Shown: positions 60,560 to 64,000 of the stretch, in pieces
Layout of the letters: each line of letters opens with the position of its first letter
How positions within the stretch are numbered: position 1 is the first letter of the stretch
NCBI GenBank assembly: GCA_963726745.1
Contig: CAVSDR010000003.1
Span: 736,001-800,000 of the forward strand
DNA length: 64,000 bases
Direction of reading: 5' to 3'
Origin: an uncultured Verrucomicrobiae bacterium
Lineage (GTDB): Bacteria > Verrucomicrobiota > Verrucomicrobiia > Chthoniobacterales > UBA10450
The notes under the pieces: model-generated
Seen by the model: the letters and a program-made list of their open reading frames with translations, nothing else
What the model was told of the DNA's origin: nothing
Database searches by the model: none
Program-made: the position numbers and the translations under genes

Positions 60560-62031
60560 AAGCCGGCATCCTGGCCGCGGGTCGCGGCGAACGTTTGCTC
60601 CGCGCCGCGCCGCTGAAGCCGCTGGCTAAAGTCGGTGGCCGCGCCTTGATCGAGCATGTTCTGCACTCGTTCGCCGACGCAGGCGCAATCGAGGTGACGA
60701 TCATCATCAACGCGGACTCGAGCGCGGTGCGCGACTTTGTCGAAGGGCGGAACTGGCCGTTCGCTCTCCGCTGGATCGTCGAGAGCACGCCGACTTCGAT
60801 GCACAGTTTCCTGCGGCTGGTGGAAACGCTCGCGGCCGGCGGGGACGACGGGCCGTTTCTCCTTTCGACCGTCGATACCGTGGCCGGGCCGCAAACCTAC
60901 CGACGCTTCTTTGCCGCCGCGCAGGCGAGTGCGGCGGACGTGACCCTGGCCTTGACCGCGCCGGGCGATGACGAGAAGCCGCTGCTTGTCCGGCTGGAGG
61001 ACGCGCGCGTCAGCGCGATCGGAAAAGAGGCAGCGGGTTCGGCGCACGCCACCGCGGGAATTTACGCCGTCCGCGCGAGCGTCCTGCGCGAGGCCACCGC
61101 GAGCGCGGGGCTCGGGGCGCTCCGGGAATTTCTTGGGCGACTGCACACGCGCGGCTACCGGCTCGAAGGGATTCCCATCGAACCGACGATCGACGTCGAC
61201 CGCCCGGCCGACCTCGAGACGGCGGCGCGATTTTTTAGCCGGCGACTTGTGGGAATTTATCGCGAGCCGGAATACTCGCCCGGGCGCCACCTCTCGAACG
61301 ACGCCATCCTGCTCGACCAGATCGCGGCGCGCCTGGAGAACGTGGAGCTGCGGCAAATCGAGGAGCTGCCGGAGCAACCGGCGGCGGCGCTGATTTTTTC
61401 CATGTGCCAGGGGCGCGCCGCGCTCGAGCGGCTCGCGGAATGGGAACGCGCCGGCGCGCGGATCGTCAATCGCCCGGAAGCCGCGCGCAACACCCACCGC
61501 GATCGCCTGCCCGGGCTCCTGCGCGCGGCCGGGCTTCCTTTCCCGCGGACCGAGCTGGTCGAGACGCGGGGCCAGCACTCGTTAGGGGAAATCGGCGCCG
61601 GCCTTTGGCTGAAGCGCGGCGACGTCCACGCCTCGGTCGCAGCCGATGTGCAATGGCTCGACTCCGCGGAGCGGGTGGAGGCCGGGCTGGAGGACTTCGC
61701 GCGGCGCGGGATCGAGCGCGCGGTTTTGCAGGAACACCGCGCGGGCGATGAGGTGAAATTCTACGGCGTCGGCCCGGGCGAATTCTTCCATTGGTTCTAC
61801 TCGCGGGAAGCGGCCGGTCATCCGCTGGACGAGAGGGCGCTGGCGGAGTTGGCCGCGCGCGCTGCGACGGTCTGCGGGCTGGAGATTTTTGGCGGCGACA
61901 TGATAATCGGGCCGGACGGCGAACTGACCTTGATCGACCTGAACGACTGGCCTTCCTTTGCCCCCTGCCGCGAAGCAGCGAGCGCGGCGATTGCCCAACA
62001 CCTCCGGAGACGCACCCATCATGTTGCTTGA
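60556..62031 (+). CDS. NTP transferase fused to an ATP-grasp-like domain
   Basis: ILAAGRGERL..KPL, STPTSMHSF, STVDT, DDEKP and DVDRP. Then WLKRGD, VLQEH..GDEVKFYGV and GLEIFGGD..IDLNDWP. Confidence 0.82.
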   Translation: MKAGILAAGRGERLLRAAPLKPLAKVGGRALIEHVLHSFADAGAIEVTIIINADSSAVRDFVEGRNWPFALRWIVESTPTSMHSFLRLVETLAAGGDDGPFLLSTVDTVAGPQTYRRFFAAAQASAADVTLALTAPGDDEKPLLVRLEDARVSAIGKEAAGSAHATAGIYAVRASVLREATASAGLGALREFLGRLHTRGYRLEGIPIEPTIDVDRPADLETAARFFSRRLVGIYREPEYSPGRHLSNDAILLDQIAARLENVELRQIEELPEQPAAALIFSMCQGRAALERLAEWERAGARIVNRPEAARNTHRDRLPGLLRAAGLPFPRTELVETRGQHSLGEIGAGLWLKRGDVHASVAADVQWLDSAERVEAGLEDFARRGIERAVLQEHRAGDEVKFYGVGPGEFFHWFYSREAAGHPLDERALAELAARAATVCGLEIFGGDMIIGPDGELTLIDLNDWPSFAPCREAASAAIAQHLRRRTHHVA

Positions 62032-63328
62032 AGAAAAATCGTCCACGCAGAGCCGCGCGCTTTTTGCCGAGGAGCAAAAGCACATCGCGCCGGGCATCCA
62101 GACGATCGCGCTCCTCTCCGAACTAACGATCGCGCACGGCCGCGGAAGCACCCTCACCGATGTCGATGGCCGGACGTATCTCGACTTCAACGCCGGCGTT
62201 TCCGTGGCCAGTCTCGGGCATGCGCATCCGCGCTATGTCGCGGCGATGACCGCGCAACTGCAGGCGGTCACAGTAGGGAGTTTCACTTCGCCAGCGCGCG
62301 CGGAATTAGTGCGGCTGATCGCCGAGCTCACGCCCGGGGAGCTCACGCGCACGCAGTTTTTCAGCGGTGGCGCGGAGGCGGTGGAAGCAGCTTTCCGGCT
62401 GGCGCGTTCTTACACCAAGCGCACCGAGATCATCGGTTTCACCCACGCCTTCCACGGCAAAACCGCGGGCGTCCTGCCGATCTCCGACGTCGACTGGAAA
62501 CACGACGTCGGTCCACTGGCGCCGCATCACCCGATCGCGCCTTTCCCCGACCCGACGCGCTTCGACGGCACCCCGGAGGAATGCGCGCAGCACTCGTTAG
62601 GGGAATTGCGCCGCGTCATCGAAGAACAGGCCGGCGGGCGGCCGGCGGCGATCATCATGGAGCCGATCCAGGGGACTGCGGGCAACATCGTGCCGCCGCC
62701 GGGATTCTTTGCCGCGGTCCGCGCGATGGCCACGGAGTATGGCGCGCTTTTGATTGCCGACGAGATGATCACTGGCTTCGGGCGCACCGGACGGATGTTT
62801 GCCAGCGAATGGGACGGCGTGATCCCGGACATCCTGACCGTGGGCAAAGGGATGGCCGCGGGCTACCCGGTCAGCGCAGTCATCTCGACCGACGAGATCA
62901 TGGCCGCGAAGCCGTTCTCGCTCCCGAGCGCCTCTTCTTCGAGCTATGGTGGAAATCCACTCGCGGCCGCGGCGGTGTTGGTCACCTTGCAGACGATCGT
63001 GGAGGAAGACCTGACCGCGCACGGCGCGAAAGTCGGCGCCATTTTGCAGGATGGCTTGCGCGCGCTGGCGGAGAAACACGGCACGATCGCGCAGGTGCGC
63101 GGACGCGGCTTGCTCGTCGGTTTTGACCTGGTCGAGCAAAATAGCCAGCAAGCTCTCTGGCCGAAGCCGCGCTGCATCGAGTTCTTTCAGCGTTGCCTGG
63201 CCGAGGGACTAATCATGATGAGCTACACGCCGCGGGTGCGGGTGCATCCGCCGCTGATCCTGCGCGTGGAGGAAGCGGAGCGCGGGCTCGCGATCATGGA
63301 TCGCGTGCTCGGAGAGATGGGCGCCTGA
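62021..63328 (+). CDS. class-III PLP aminotransferase
   Basis: DVDGRTYLDF, SGGAEAVE, FHGKT, EPIQGTAG, LIADEMITGFGRTG, PDILTVGKG and YGGNP. Confidence 0.94.
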   Translation: MLLEEKSSTQSRALFAEEQKHIAPGIQTIALLSELTIAHGRGSTLTDVDGRTYLDFNAGVSVASLGHAHPRYVAAMTAQLQAVTVGSFTSPARAELVRLIAELTPGELTRTQFFSGGAEAVEAAFRLARSYTKRTEIIGFTHAFHGKTAGVLPISDVDWKHDVGPLAPHHPIAPFPDPTRFDGTPEECAQHSLGELRRVIEEQAGGRPAAIIMEPIQGTAGNIVPPPGFFAAVRAMATEYGALLIADEMITGFGRTGRMFASEWDGVIPDILTVGKGMAAGYPVSAVISTDEIMAAKPFSLPSASSSSYGGNPLAAAAVLVTLQTIVEEDLTAHGAKVGAILQDGLRALAEKHGTIAQVRGRGLLVGFDLVEQNSQQALWPKPRCIEFFQRCLAEGLIMMSYTPRVRVHPPLILRVEEAERGLAIMDRVLGEMGA

Positions 63329-64000
63329 TGCTGCGCGGCGCGCTGGTTGGTTTCGGAAACGTCGCAGAGTTCGGTCACTGGCCCGGCTACCGGGAGAACG
63401 ATGCGGTTGAACTCGTGGCGGTGGTCGACGCCTCGCCCGCGCGTCGGGCGCGCGCGCAAGAGCACTCGTTAGCCGCCTACGCCTCGCTCGCGGAGATCCC
63501 GGAGGGCACGATCGATTTCGTCGATATCTGCACGCCGCCGGCGCAACATGCGCGGGCCGATGCTGGAGGCGCTTGCGCGCGGCTGGCACGTGCTTTGTGA
63601 AAAGCCGTTCCTGCTCGACGCGGCCGTGCTCGAGGAAGTGCGCGCGCGCCGGGGCGAGCTCGCGGTGATGCCGGTGCACAATTGGAAATACGCGCCCGTC
63701 ATCCGCGCGGCCAAGCAACGCCTGCCGGAACTGGGCCCGCTCCGGCGCGTGGAAATCCAGACCCTGCGGATGGAAGACGCCGCGGCCGCCGATTCCTCCA
63801 ACTGGCGGCGCGACCCGGCGATCGCCGGCGGCGGCATCCTGCTCGATCACGGCTGGCATTCGCTCTACCTCGCGCAACATTTCTTCGAGGCGGTGCCGCG
63901 GGAAATTAGCGCGCAACTTCATCGCCCGGCACCGGGCGCGGCGGAGGACGAGGCCATCGTGGAACTTGAGTTTGCCGAGGGAAGCGCGCGGATCGAGCTC
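63328..64000 (+). CDS. Gfo/Idh/MocA oxidoreductase, frameshift near 63553, 3'-truncated by window edge
   Basis: LVGFGNVA and DFVDICTPP, then HVLCEKP and WR.D...GGG.LLDHG.H in the next frame. Confidence 0.88.

Larger units (their letters stand above)
1604..63473. repeat. dispersed over-represented 9-mer CCTAACGAG/CTCGTTAGG (core CTAACGA)
   Basis: Exact copies start near 2837, 3413, 5185, 6937, 7395, 29259, 36640, 38976, 40794, 41962, 43215, 46521, 47293, 51854, 53087, 55300, 58073, 61578 and 62593. About 21 more carry the 7-mer core. Confidence 0.85.

Noticed and set aside
57071..63328. Phosphonate biosynthesis cluster
   Set aside because: No PEP mutase or phosphonopyruvate decarboxylase is visible in the window.
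1..64000. GCGATCGC (HIP1-like) occurrences
   Set aside because: Readily explained by high GC and Ala-Ile-Ala codons. I could not show an excess by eye.

Overview
High-GC (about two-thirds by eye) bacterial DNA. The dockerin-tailed secreted proteins, PEP-CTERM genes and C-terminal domain style point to Verrucomicrobiota, probably Chthoniobacterales (inference). There are four blocks. (1) 1-8.4 kb: Ca2+/H+ antiporter end, lspA, a GYF-domain gene, an M12 metalloprotease and ileS. (2) 8.6-38.4 kb: eight large secreted proteins (Asp-box propellers, an M4 peptidase, a TolB-like repeat protein), seven of which end in the same ~170-aa beta-rich + dockerin-like module, followed by two PEP-CTERM genes and a lipoprotein. 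(3) 38.4-45.9 kb: DsbA, VKOR and AddB/AddA-like genes. (4) 45.9-64 kb: a two-TolC ABC exporter interleaved with an apparent lipid head-group cluster (ceramide-synthase-like GNAT, two NTP-transferases, two CDP-alcohol phosphotransferases, HAD, ATP-grasp, radical SAM, aminotransferase, dehydrogenase, flippase). The most unexpected signal is at the DNA level: a non-palindromic word CCTAACGAG/CTCGTTAGG (19 exact copies and about 40 copies of the CTAACGA core by manual count). It lies on both strands and in all reading frames, is made of rare codons, and is nearly absent from the secreted-protein array, which resembles an uptake-sequence-type motif. Many single-base frameshifts, including one in ileS, look like long-read assembly errors. 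No rRNA, tRNA, CRISPR array or IS element was seen. All family calls come from motif recognition; no database search was run.
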